A DNA stretch of 64,000 nucleotides, taken from an uncultured delta proteobacterium. GTDB taxonomy: Bacteria > Desulfobacterota > Desulfobacteria > Desulfobacterales > QNYZ01. The stretch lies in assembly GCA_963845145.1 (NCBI GenBank), contig CAWJQU010000004.1, positions 448,001-512,000 on the forward strand, read 5' to 3'. Shown here piece by piece: positions 37,629-46,760 of the stretch. Made by a program: the position numbers and the translations under genes. Under the pieces are notes generated by a model that did not search any database, had not been told where the DNA came from, and was given only the letters and a program-made list of their open reading frames with translations. Numbering within the stretch: the first letter of the stretch is position 1; every line of letters begins with the position of its first letter.

Positions 37629-37671
37629 AATGGCTTTATCTGATTTTATTTCAAAAGAAGGAGGTGACTGA

Positions 37672-39804
37672 ATGGCACTCAATCCAGACGCCATTGGCGA
37701 AAAGATTGGTCCCCTTAAAAAAGCCTATACTTGGAAGGATACGGTTCTATATGCATTGGGGGTGGGCGCCGGATTCGATGAACTTGACTATGTTTATGAG
37801 GATCGGCAGAAAGTTATTCCCAGTTTTTCCATAGCCGGCATCTTCGATTTTTTAGCTGAAACAGCTATTAAAGCGAATGTAAATCTATCCGGCATTTTAC
37901 ATGGCGAACAGGATATTATTTTTCACGGTGCCATCCCACCTGAAGGCACATTAATTACCACCGGTGCCATAACCCATATGTATGACAAAGGCCAAAAAAA
38001 AGGGGCCTTGGTTGTCTCCGAAGCGGATACCTTTCACTCTAACGGCCAAAAACTCTATACAAGTATTTTTACTCTTTTTTGCAGGAAGGACGGAGGATTC
38101 GGCGGGGAATCCGGGCCGGATGAAACCTTTGAGATTCCCCAACGCGAACCTGATTTTAGCGAACACGCCATTCCCCCTGATAATCAACCCCTTCTTTACC
38201 GACTTTCCGGAGATATTTTTGCTTTACATGTGGATCCTGAATTTGCAAAAGCCTCGGGATTTGAAAAGCCGATCATGCACGGCTTATGCACCCATGGGTA
38301 TGCATGCCGGGCTGTGATCAAACACCTTTTTCCGGGCCAACCCGAACGAATGAAACGATTTAAAGTGCGGTTTTCCAATACCCTTTACCCCGGGGTTCCC
38401 ATAAAAACCCATATCTGGAAAATCAATGAAAATAAAGCCGTCTTCAGAACGATTACTGCAGAAAATGAAGAGATCATATTGGATTTAGGCATTGTTGAAT
38501 GGATTGGCCCGGATGAACTCGCGTTTAGAGAGCAACTGGGGAGTATCCATTTTAAAGGTCAAGTTGCCGTGGTAACCGGTGCCGGTGCCGGCCTTGGTAA
38601 AGTTTATGCCATGGAACTCGCTCAGCGCGGGGCGAAAGTTTTGGTAAACGACCTTGGCGGAGGAACCGACGGCTCCGGTGGATCGTCTTCAGCCGCTGAC
38701 GAAGTTGTTAAAGCGATACAAAGGAGGGGCGGGGAAGCGGTGGCAAATTATGATTCCGTCGCCACAAAAGAAGGGGGCGCAGCCATCATCAAGCAAGCCG
38801 TGGATGCATGGGGGCGTGTTGATATCCTAATCAATAATGCCGGAATCCTAAAAGATAAATCCTTTATCAAAATGGACCCTGCCATGTGGCAGGATGTTTT
38901 GGATGTTCACTTGAACGGGGCCTATCATCTCTCGCGGCCGGCTTTAAATCAGATGAAGCAACAAAATTATGGCCGCATCATCTTCACATCCTCGGCGGCC
39001 GGGCTCTACGGCAATTTTGGACAGACCAATTATGGGGCCGCTAAATTGGCTCTCATCGGGTTTATGAACACCCTTAAAATAGAAGGGATGAAGGCGGATA
39101 TCAAAGTGAATACGGTTGCCCCCATAGCCGGCACCCGACTCACCAGAGATATTCTTCCGCCGGATCTATTCGACAAGCTAAAACCGGAATTTGTGGCACC
39201 CCTGGTACTTTATCTGGCCAGTGAGCAGTGTCCGGTTACCGGAGGGATCTATAATGCCGGCATGGGATATTACAATCGTGTTTCCGTATTTACCGGGAAA
39301 GGCCTGGCACTGGGCGATGATACCGCTTTACTGCAACCGGAAACCATTGCCAAGAAAATGGAATCAATCCAATCCATGGCCGGGGCAAAACCCTATTTTG
39401 ATGCTGTTGGCGCGCTTTCACCCATGCTGGAGGCGTTGGACCCCCAAAAAAACAAACCGGATACGAATGAACCAACCGAAGCGCAAATTACCGTAAAGCA
39501 TATATTTAAAACCCTTCCGGAAGTGTTTGACCCCGAGGTAGCCAAAGGTCTTGATCTGGTATTCCAATTTACCATCTCCGGTCCTGAAGGGGGGGAGTGG
39601 TATTCAATTATTAAAAATCAAACCTGCAAGGTAAAAACCGGCAAATTCGATACGCCCACCACGACCATCAAGATGGGTGACGTTGATTTTCTCGCACTGA
39701 TGTCCGGCAATCTCAACCCCATGGCAGCTTATACTAGTGGGAAATTAAAGATTGAGGGTGACATCATGAAATCTCAATTGATCGATAAGTTATTCAAAAT
39801 TTAA
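37672..39804 (+). CDS. MaoC (R)-hydratase + SDR 3-hydroxyacyl-CoA dehydrogenase + SCP2 fusion
   Basis: LYALGVG, LHGEQ, YRLSGD..LHVDP..PIMHGLC; TGAGAGLG, NNAG, YGAAK; C-terminal SCP2 (GKLKIEGDIM). Confidence 0.9.
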   Translation: MALNPDAIGEKIGPLKKAYTWKDTVLYALGVGAGFDELDYVYEDRQKVIPSFSIAGIFDFLAETAIKANVNLSGILHGEQDIIFHGAIPPEGTLITTGAITHMYDKGQKKGALVVSEADTFHSNGQKLYTSIFTLFCRKDGGFGGESGPDETFEIPQREPDFSEHAIPPDNQPLLYRLSGDIFALHVDPEFAKASGFEKPIMHGLCTHGYACRAVIKHLFPGQPERMKRFKVRFSNTLYPGVPIKTHIWKINENKAVFRTITAENEEIILDLGIVEWIGPDELAFREQLGSIHFKGQVAVVTGAGAGLGKVYAMELAQRGAKVLVNDLGGGTDGSGGSSSAADEVVKAIQRRGGEAVANYDSVATKEGGAAIIKQAVDAWGRVDILINNAGILKDKSFIKMDPAMWQDVLDVHLNGAYHLSRPALNQMKQQNYGRIIFTSSAAGLYGNFGQTNYGAAKLALIGFMNTLKIEGMKADIKVNTVAPIAGTRLTRDILPPDLFDKLKPEFVAPLVLYLASEQCPVTGGIYNAGMGYYNRVSVFTGKGLALGDDTALLQPETIAKKMESIQSMAGAKPYFDAVGALSPMLEALDPQKNKPDTNEPTEAQITVKHIFKTLPEVFDPEVAKGLDLVFQFTISGPEGGEWYSIIKNQTCKVKTGKFDTPTTTIKMGDVDFLALMSGNLNPMAAYTSGKLKIEGDIMKSQLIDKLFKI

Positions 39805-39837
39805 CTTTTTTGACAAACACTCAAAGGAGAATCATCC

Positions 39838-42579
39838 ATGATTGGCATCACTTCATACGGAGCCTATATCCCAAGACTGCGACTCGATCGAATGAGTATT
39901 GTCGAAAGTATGGGATGGTTTGCTCCGGCAATTATGATGGTCGCCCAGGGCGAGCGATCGTTTGGTAACTGGGATGAGGACAGCCTTACCATGGCGGTGG
40001 CTTCTGCCCGAGATTGTTTACAAGGATATGATAAGTCGCTCATCGATGCCGTTTATCTATGTTCAACAACCTTACCTTTTATAGACCGTTTGAATTCCGG
40101 AATTTTAAAGACGGCGCTTAACCTGGTAGATCAAATTCATTCAATGGATATCACGGCCTCTACCCGCTGCGGAACAATGGGGATCATCGAGGCAATGGCA
40201 ACTGTCAAGTCCGGGGAAAAATCCAATGCCTTGGTTTGTGCCACAGATATGCGGTTGACCAAAGCCGCCTACTTTTATGAGATGTGGTTTGGCGACGGTT
40301 CCGCATCCGTCACCATCGGAACAGAGAATGTGATCGCCGAATTTTTAGGGTCCCATACGGTTACCTGCGACTTTGTGGACCACTTTAGGGGTGCCAACCA
40401 TTCTTACGATTATATGTGGGAAGAACGATGGGTAAGGGACGAGGGGTATTCAAAACTTATCCCCGAAGCGGTGACCGGTCTTTTAGATAAGCTCGGTATG
40501 ACCATGGCGCAGGTGGATCATCTCTCATTTCCTTGCTTTTTTAAGTCAGAACACAAAAAGATCGCCCATAAACTGGGCGCCGCACCTGAAAAGGTCATTG
40601 ACAACCTCCATGAAGTCTGCGGTGAAACAGGGGCGGCCCATTCATTGATGCTGTTTTTAAAAGCCCTTGAAAAATCAAAGCCCGGTGAAAAAATATTAAT
40701 GGCCGGGTTTGGCCAGGGATGTGACGCCCTTCTCTTTGAAGTCACCTCGGAGATTAAGAACTTATCAAAAAGGGATGGGGTTTCCGGTGCGCTTGCAAAC
40801 GGATATTCCACTAAAAACTATTCTAAATATTTAAAATTCAGGGAACTCATTGATACGGAAATGGGTATTCGCGCCGAAGCCCCAACCCAAACAGCCATGA
40901 CGGTTCTTTGGCGAAAACGCCAAATGCTGCTTGGCATGGTGGGTGGTATCTGTTCCCAATGTAACACACCTCAATTTCCCAAATCCGATATTTGTATCCA
41001 TCCTGAATGTCGGGCGGTAGACACCCAGGCGCCACATGAATTCGCCAACGAACCCGCTCATATCATGAGTTACACGGGAGATCTTTTATCGGTTTCCGTC
41101 AACCCCCCGGCTATTTACGGAATGGTGGTGTTTGAAAATGGTGGCCGGTTTATGGCCGATTTCACGGATTGTGAGATGGAGGGGCTTTCCATTGGGCAAT
41201 CTGTTCGCCTGGATTTTAGAAAAAGATATACCGATAAAGAGCGCGGGTTTACCGGTTATTTTTGGAAAGCAATACCTATCCCTGGCTCATCCCCGGATTC
41301 ATCTGGGAATGCGGAATACGGGGCTGACATCCGGTTTGACGGCCAGGTAGCTGTTATCACCGGAGCCGGGGCTGGATTGGGCCGTTCTTATGCCCTGGAA
41401 CTGGCACAGCGAGGTGCAAAAGTTGTGGTGAACGACCTGAGGGGGAGTACGGATGGGAGCGGATCATCCAATCTTGCCGCAGACCGCGTGGTAAAAGAGA
41501 TTATCCAAAATGGTGGCGAAGCGGTGGCCAACTATGACTCGGTTGCCACTTATGAAGGGGGCAAGGCGATTATCGCTAAAGCCATGGAAGCCTGGGGGCG
41601 CGTCGATATTTTGATTAACAATGCAGGCGTGCTCCGGGATAAGTCCCTTCATAAAATGACAGCAGATATGTGGAAAACGGTCATCGACGTGCATTTAAAT
41701 GGCGCCTACTACGTTACCCAACCCGCCTTTAAAATAATGCGGGAAAATGGATTTGGACGGATCATTTTTACAACATCCGCCGCAGGACTTTATGGGAATT
41801 TTGGACAAACCAACTATGCCTCAGCAAAAATGGGACTGGTTGGCCTAATGAACACCCTCAAGTTAGAGGGGGAGCGGTATGGAATAAAAATCAATACCAT
41901 CGCACCCATAGCGGGTACCCGACTAACCCAGAGTGTACTGCCACCAGATTTGTTTGATCGGTTAAAACCCGAAAGTGTCACGCCTTTGGTCATCTATCTA
42001 GCTTCAGGGAAATGCAATGAAACCGGAATGATTTTCAATGCGGGAGGGGGGTATATCAACCGTGTTGCGGTGGTTACAGGGCCGGGCACTGTTCTGGGAG
42101 ATGGCGTCGAGCCACCGTCAATTGAAGATATTCACCGGAATTTTGATAAAATAGACGATATGTCGTCCATTGGCGAATATTCCGATGCCACCCGTGCGTT
42201 GTCACCCATGCTGGAGGCGTTTGAGGCACCGAAGAAAGAAGAAGTCGTTACAGAGGATAAAAGTACCGTAGAAGGTATATTTGGTCAGATGCCTAAGGTT
42301 TTTCAAGCTAGTGCTGCCAAGGGTGTGGATTTGGTTTTCCAATACATCATAAGCGGGTCCTCGGGCGGTGAATGGTATACCATCATCCGCAATGAAACCA
42401 TTGAGGTGCTCCAGGGTACACACGAAACACCCACAACCGTGATCAAAATGTCTGATGAGGATTTTGTCGACATGATTGCCGGCAAGTTAAACGCCATGGC
42501 GGCTTTCACTAGCGGCAGACTTAAGATTGAGGGTGACATCATGAAATCACAGTTGATTGAAAAATTATTCAAATTTTAA
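39838..42579 (+). CDS. HMG-CoA synthase-like + DUF35 (Zn ribbon/OB) + SDR + SCP2 fusion
   Basis: IGITSYGAYIPR, DEDSLTMAV, GDGSA; CSQC..C..C, YFWKA; TGAGAGLG, YASAK; SCP2 tail. Confidence 0.85.
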   Translation: MIGITSYGAYIPRLRLDRMSIVESMGWFAPAIMMVAQGERSFGNWDEDSLTMAVASARDCLQGYDKSLIDAVYLCSTTLPFIDRLNSGILKTALNLVDQIHSMDITASTRCGTMGIIEAMATVKSGEKSNALVCATDMRLTKAAYFYEMWFGDGSASVTIGTENVIAEFLGSHTVTCDFVDHFRGANHSYDYMWEERWVRDEGYSKLIPEAVTGLLDKLGMTMAQVDHLSFPCFFKSEHKKIAHKLGAAPEKVIDNLHEVCGETGAAHSLMLFLKALEKSKPGEKILMAGFGQGCDALLFEVTSEIKNLSKRDGVSGALANGYSTKNYSKYLKFRELIDTEMGIRAEAPTQTAMTVLWRKRQMLLGMVGGICSQCNTPQFPKSDICIHPECRAVDTQAPHEFANEPAHIMSYTGDLLSVSVNPPAIYGMVVFENGGRFMADFTDCEMEGLSIGQSVRLDFRKRYTDKERGFTGYFWKAIPIPGSSPDSSGNAEYGADIRFDGQVAVITGAGAGLGRSYALELAQRGAKVVVNDLRGSTDGSGSSNLAADRVVKEIIQNGGEAVANYDSVATYEGGKAIIAKAMEAWGRVDILINNAGVLRDKSLHKMTADMWKTVIDVHLNGAYYVTQPAFKIMRENGFGRIIFTTSAAGLYGNFGQTNYASAKMGLVGLMNTLKLEGERYGIKINTIAPIAGTRLTQSVLPPDLFDRLKPESVTPLVIYLASGKCNETGMIFNAGGGYINRVAVVTGPGTVLGDGVEPPSIEDIHRNFDKIDDMSSIGEYSDATRALSPMLEAFEAPKKEEVVTEDKSTVEGIFGQMPKVFQASAAKGVDLVFQYIISGSSGGEWYTIIRNETIEVLQGTHETPTTVIKMSDEDFVDMIAGKLNAMAAFTSGRLKIEGDIMKSQLIEKLFKF

Positions 42580-42591
42580 GGGGTCGTCAAA

Positions 42592-43794
42592 ATGGCTACG
42601 GGAATAAGAGATAAAGTCGCAATCATCGGCATGGGGTGCTCTCGCTTTGGTGAACGTTGGGATATGGGGGCAGAAGAGTTGATTGTTGAATCCTATAAGG
42701 AGTGCATCAAGGATGCCGGTATTGCCCCTTCCGAAATCCAGGCGGCGTGGGTGGGGACCTGTTTTGAGGACATCAGCCTGGGGCGCAGCGCCCTGGGTGC
42801 TGCCATGGCCCTTCGTTTGGACTATATACCGGTTACCCGGGTTGAAAATTATTGTGCCAGTGGAACGGAATCCTTTCGGGGGGCTGTCTACGCTGTGGCC
42901 TCCGGCGCCTATGACACCTGTCTCGCCTTGGGTGTCGAAAAATTAAAAGATTCCGGATACGGAGGCCTCCCCAATCCCGGTAGTGGAATCGGATCATTGA
43001 ACTGGTTATGGTATCCCAACCTTTCAGCACCCGGCGTTTTCGCCCAACTAGCGACAGCCTATACGGCAAAATATAAAATTGATGAGAGCGACCTGAAGCA
43101 CGCCATCGGACATGTTTCAGTAAAAAGTCATGCCAACGGGGTCATGAATCCTAAAGCACATCTGCGGAAAGAAGTGACCATTGACCAGGTGCTGGCATCA
43201 CCCATCATCGCCTATCCTTTGGGCCTTTATGACTGCTGTGGGGTAAGTGACGGCGCGGCATGCGCCATTGTCACCACGGTTGAGCGGGCTCAAAAAATGG
43301 GTATCAAAAATCCGGTGACCGTGAAAGCGCTCCAATTGTCTCTTAGTAATGGCGAGGAGATGACTTACAATGGGTGGGATGGCACCTATCTTCCCACAAC
43401 ATCCAAAGCGAGCGCCAGGGCCTATTTAGAGGCGGGAATTTCAGACCCTAAAAAAGAGATCTCCATGATGGAACTCCATGACTGTTTTTCCATAACCGAG
43501 CTGATAACTTATGAAGATCTTCATATTTCTGAAAGGGGGAAGGCCTGGAAAGATGTATTAAATGGAAGGTATGATCGGGATGGTGAAATTCCCGCCCAGG
43601 TTGATGGTGGTTTAAAATGCTTTGGTCACCCCATCGGGGCCAGCGGTTTGAGGATGATTTATGAGATGTACTTGCAACTGCTAGGACGGGCCGGCGAGCG
43701 GCAAATAGAAAACCCCAAGTACGGGCTAACGCACAACCTGGGCGGCGTGCCTTTTATGAGTGTAAGCAGTATTGCCATACTTGGAAAATATTAA
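42592..43794 (+). CDS. SCP-x/archaeal-type thiolase
   Basis: ENYCASG, ELHDCF, GHPIGASG, HNLGG. Confidence 0.9.
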   Translation: MATGIRDKVAIIGMGCSRFGERWDMGAEELIVESYKECIKDAGIAPSEIQAAWVGTCFEDISLGRSALGAAMALRLDYIPVTRVENYCASGTESFRGAVYAVASGAYDTCLALGVEKLKDSGYGGLPNPGSGIGSLNWLWYPNLSAPGVFAQLATAYTAKYKIDESDLKHAIGHVSVKSHANGVMNPKAHLRKEVTIDQVLASPIIAYPLGLYDCCGVSDGAACAIVTTVERAQKMGIKNPVTVKALQLSLSNGEEMTYNGWDGTYLPTTSKASARAYLEAGISDPKKEISMMELHDCFSITELITYEDLHISERGKAWKDVLNGRYDRDGEIPAQVDGGLKCFGHPIGASGLRMIYEMYLQLLGRAGERQIENPKYGLTHNLGGVPFMSVSSIAILGKY

Positions 43795-43820
43795 TCCTGA
43801 TTTCTTACAGCGCATAAAAA

Positions 43821-44963
43821 ATGGAAATATTAAATTATACCAAAGATCACTTGGCGTTTAGGAAAAGAGTCCGCGCATTCATGCAAAAAGAAGTGGCTCC
43901 TTTTGCAGATATTTGGGAAAAAAACAGGATTGTCCCAAAAGAGATGTGGAAAAAAATGGGTGCGCAGGGGTTTTTATGCCCGGAGGTTCCCAAACAATAC
44001 GGGGGAGCCGGACTGGATTTCCTTTATAGTGTTATCATCATCGAAGAGTTGATCAGTACACGGCAATTCGGACTATTGACCCCCCTTCACAGCGATGTGG
44101 TAGTTCCTTATATAACCACCTACGGTTCTGAGGCATTAAAGCAAAAATACCTGCCCCATTGCGTTTCAGGCGATATGATTTCCGCAATTGGACTCACCGA
44201 ACCCAATGCCGGCAGTGATCTTGCCTCTCTGGGAACCACGGCGGTTCAAAAAGGGGACCATGTCGTGATTAACGGACAAAAAACATTTATCAGTAATGGG
44301 ATCAATTGCGATATTATTGTACTGGCGGCCAGGGATCCCGATGTGGAAAACCCCCATGCGGCAATTGATTTATATCTGGCGGAAACCGCTACTAAGGGCT
44401 TTCAACAGGGGGTGCAACTATCCAAAATGGGCTGGCATAGCCAGGATACAGCCGAACTTTATTTTAATAATCTAAAAGTTCCGATTACCTCCCGGCTGGG
44501 TGAAAAGGGAGGGGGCTTCCTGATGCTCATGGGAATGCTCCAGCAAGAGCGTTTGGTCTGCGCCGTCAGTGCGCAAGTTATGGCCGAGTGCATTTTGAAG
44601 ACCACCATCGAATTCTGTAAATCCCATAAAATTTCCGGACGTCCCATCATTAAAAACCAAAGTACCCAATTCAAAATCGTCAATATGGCGACAGAAGTTA
44701 AACTTGGCCGTACATTCATAGACAAACTTATTGCCGACCACCTGGAAATGAAAAATATAGTCATCGACGTATCAATGGCCAAAGCCTGGGTAACGGAAAT
44801 GGCCAGCCGAATTGCCAATGATTGCATGGATCTTTATGGCGATTTCGGCTACCTGGAAAAGCATCCCATAGAAAGATATTGGCGAGACATACGGGTGATG
44901 TCGATATTTGCCGGTACCAATGAAATAATGCGCAGTATTGCAGCAAAATTTATGGGACTCTGA
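43821..44963 (+). CDS. Acyl-CoA dehydrogenase
   Basis: LTEPNAGSDL, NGQKTFISNG, QERL, IFAGTNEIM. Confidence 0.92.
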   Translation: MEILNYTKDHLAFRKRVRAFMQKEVAPFADIWEKNRIVPKEMWKKMGAQGFLCPEVPKQYGGAGLDFLYSVIIIEELISTRQFGLLTPLHSDVVVPYITTYGSEALKQKYLPHCVSGDMISAIGLTEPNAGSDLASLGTTAVQKGDHVVINGQKTFISNGINCDIIVLAARDPDVENPHAAIDLYLAETATKGFQQGVQLSKMGWHSQDTAELYFNNLKVPITSRLGEKGGGFLMLMGMLQQERLVCAVSAQVMAECILKTTIEFCKSHKISGRPIIKNQSTQFKIVNMATEVKLGRTFIDKLIADHLEMKNIVIDVSMAKAWVTEMASRIANDCMDLYGDFGYLEKHPIERYWRDIRVMSIFAGTNEIMRSIAAKFMGL

Positions 44964-45053
44964 TCAAAAACGGGCCCATGGGATTTGTAGCACTTCTATT
45001 ATGACCGGGGTTTTACCGGCACTGAATTGACGATTTTAAAAAGGAGGATACCT

Positions 45054-46760
45054 ATGGGCACGGTTAGCGAAAAGCCATGGTTAGGATCGTATGATTCCGG
45101 TGTCAAACATGAGCTTACCATTCCGGACGAGCCGCTATCGGTGGCGTATGAACGGGTTCGTAAAGACTTTCCTGATGTACCGGCCTTCTACTTTTATGGG
45201 ATGACCCAAACATTTGAGGAAATGTTCAGTGCGGCTGATCGATTTGCAAAAGCCCTGGCCGACCGAGGCATCGGTAAAAATGATGTGGTGGCGATTAATT
45301 TGCCTAACCTTCCCCAGTATCTGATCGCCCAATTGGGGGCCACCCGAATGGGATGCTGGGTATCCGGTATGTCTCCTTTGCTCTCCGGGTCTGAAATGGC
45401 TTTTCAATTAAAAGATTCCGGGGCACAAGCATTGGTTACTCTGGATCCGATTTTTGAGCACCGGTTACTACCTGTAGTCGACCAGCTACCTGATTTAAAG
45501 GTCATCATTTCCACCGGGATTTTAGATTTTTTACCTAAATTTAAACAATTCATGGCCAAACTTCTTAAAAAAGTACCCACTGGAAAATGCTCTCCAATTC
45601 CCGATAAAGAGGTCATTTCTTTTGTAAATCTCCTTAACAACCATTCCCCCAATCCCCCCACCGTTGATATTGACCCGGAGGATGTTCACCTCCTGCAATA
45701 TACCGGGGGAACCACCGGTACACCAAAAGGTGCCATGCTAACCCACCGCAATGTTCTTAGCCAGGCCATAATCTGGAATCAGTGGTTTCATACGGAAATG
45801 GGAAAAGACATTGCATGTTCCGGGTACCCCTTTTTCCATGTAGGGGGGCAATGTTCACTTGTGGCTACCATCTGGCATGGGGTGACCCAGATTCTCATTC
45901 CCAATCCAAGGGATACAAAACATATTGTTAAACAGATAAAAAAATACCGACCTAATTTTATCAATAATGTACCGTCTTTATATCTTATGCTAATGAAAAC
46001 ACCCGGGTTTGATACACTCGATTTTTCATCGGTGCGATTTGCTACGGCCGCGGCCGCCCCTTTCCCGGTGGAACCCATGAAAGAACTAGAGGCATTGATT
46101 GGCGGCCATAAGGTTGTGGAACTTTATGGATTGACGGAAACCTCTCCCCTCATCACATTGAATCCCACTAAAGGTATTAAGAAAATTGGTAGTGTGGGCA
46201 TCCCCGCCCCCTCTACCGAAGTGCGGCTGGTGAATATCGCATCCAAAGAGCCAGTGCCAATGGGAGAACCCGGAGAGCTCATCGTATCCGGCCCCCAAGT
46301 GATGAAGGGGTATTGGAAAAATGATAAGGAAACCCGGATTGCCATACGAGAGCATGACAACCGAAAATGGTTACACACAGGAGATGTGGCCGTGATGGAT
46401 GAGGATGGATATTTTACCATTGTCGATCGAATCAAAGACATGATCAATATCAGCGGATTTAAAGTATTCCCAAGAGAGATAGAAGAGCAGTTGTATCGGC
46501 ATCCCTTTATAGAGGTCTGTGCGGTTTTGGGCGTTAAAAATCCGGATCGCCCTGAAACCGAAATGGTAAAATTGGTCATTCAACCGAGTGTGGCGTGTGA
46601 GGGGAAGAGCCACACGGAAATTATAAGTGAAATCAACTCGTTTTGCAAAGAGAACCTGGGTGTCTATAAAAAACCAAAGCTTATTGAAATTGTGGATGAA
46701 ATACCCATGACGAATGCCGGGAAGGTCGACAAAAGAGCCCTGAAGCAGGTTATTGGATGA
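45054..46760 (+). CDS. Long-chain acyl-CoA ligase
   Basis: YTGGTTGTPKG, YGLTETSP, TGD, DRIKDMI; AGGAGG RBS before the ATG at 45054. Confidence 0.92.
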   Translation: MGTVSEKPWLGSYDSGVKHELTIPDEPLSVAYERVRKDFPDVPAFYFYGMTQTFEEMFSAADRFAKALADRGIGKNDVVAINLPNLPQYLIAQLGATRMGCWVSGMSPLLSGSEMAFQLKDSGAQALVTLDPIFEHRLLPVVDQLPDLKVIISTGILDFLPKFKQFMAKLLKKVPTGKCSPIPDKEVISFVNLLNNHSPNPPTVDIDPEDVHLLQYTGGTTGTPKGAMLTHRNVLSQAIIWNQWFHTEMGKDIACSGYPFFHVGGQCSLVATIWHGVTQILIPNPRDTKHIVKQIKKYRPNFINNVPSLYLMLMKTPGFDTLDFSSVRFATAAAAPFPVEPMKELEALIGGHKVVELYGLTETSPLITLNPTKGIKKIGSVGIPAPSTEVRLVNIASKEPVPMGEPGELIVSGPQVMKGYWKNDKETRIAIREHDNRKWLHTGDVAVMDEDGYFTIVDRIKDMINISGFKVFPREIEEQLYRHPFIEVCAVLGVKNPDRPETEMVKLVIQPSVACEGKSHTEIISEINSFCKENLGVYKKPKLIEIVDEIPMTNAGKVDKRALKQVIG

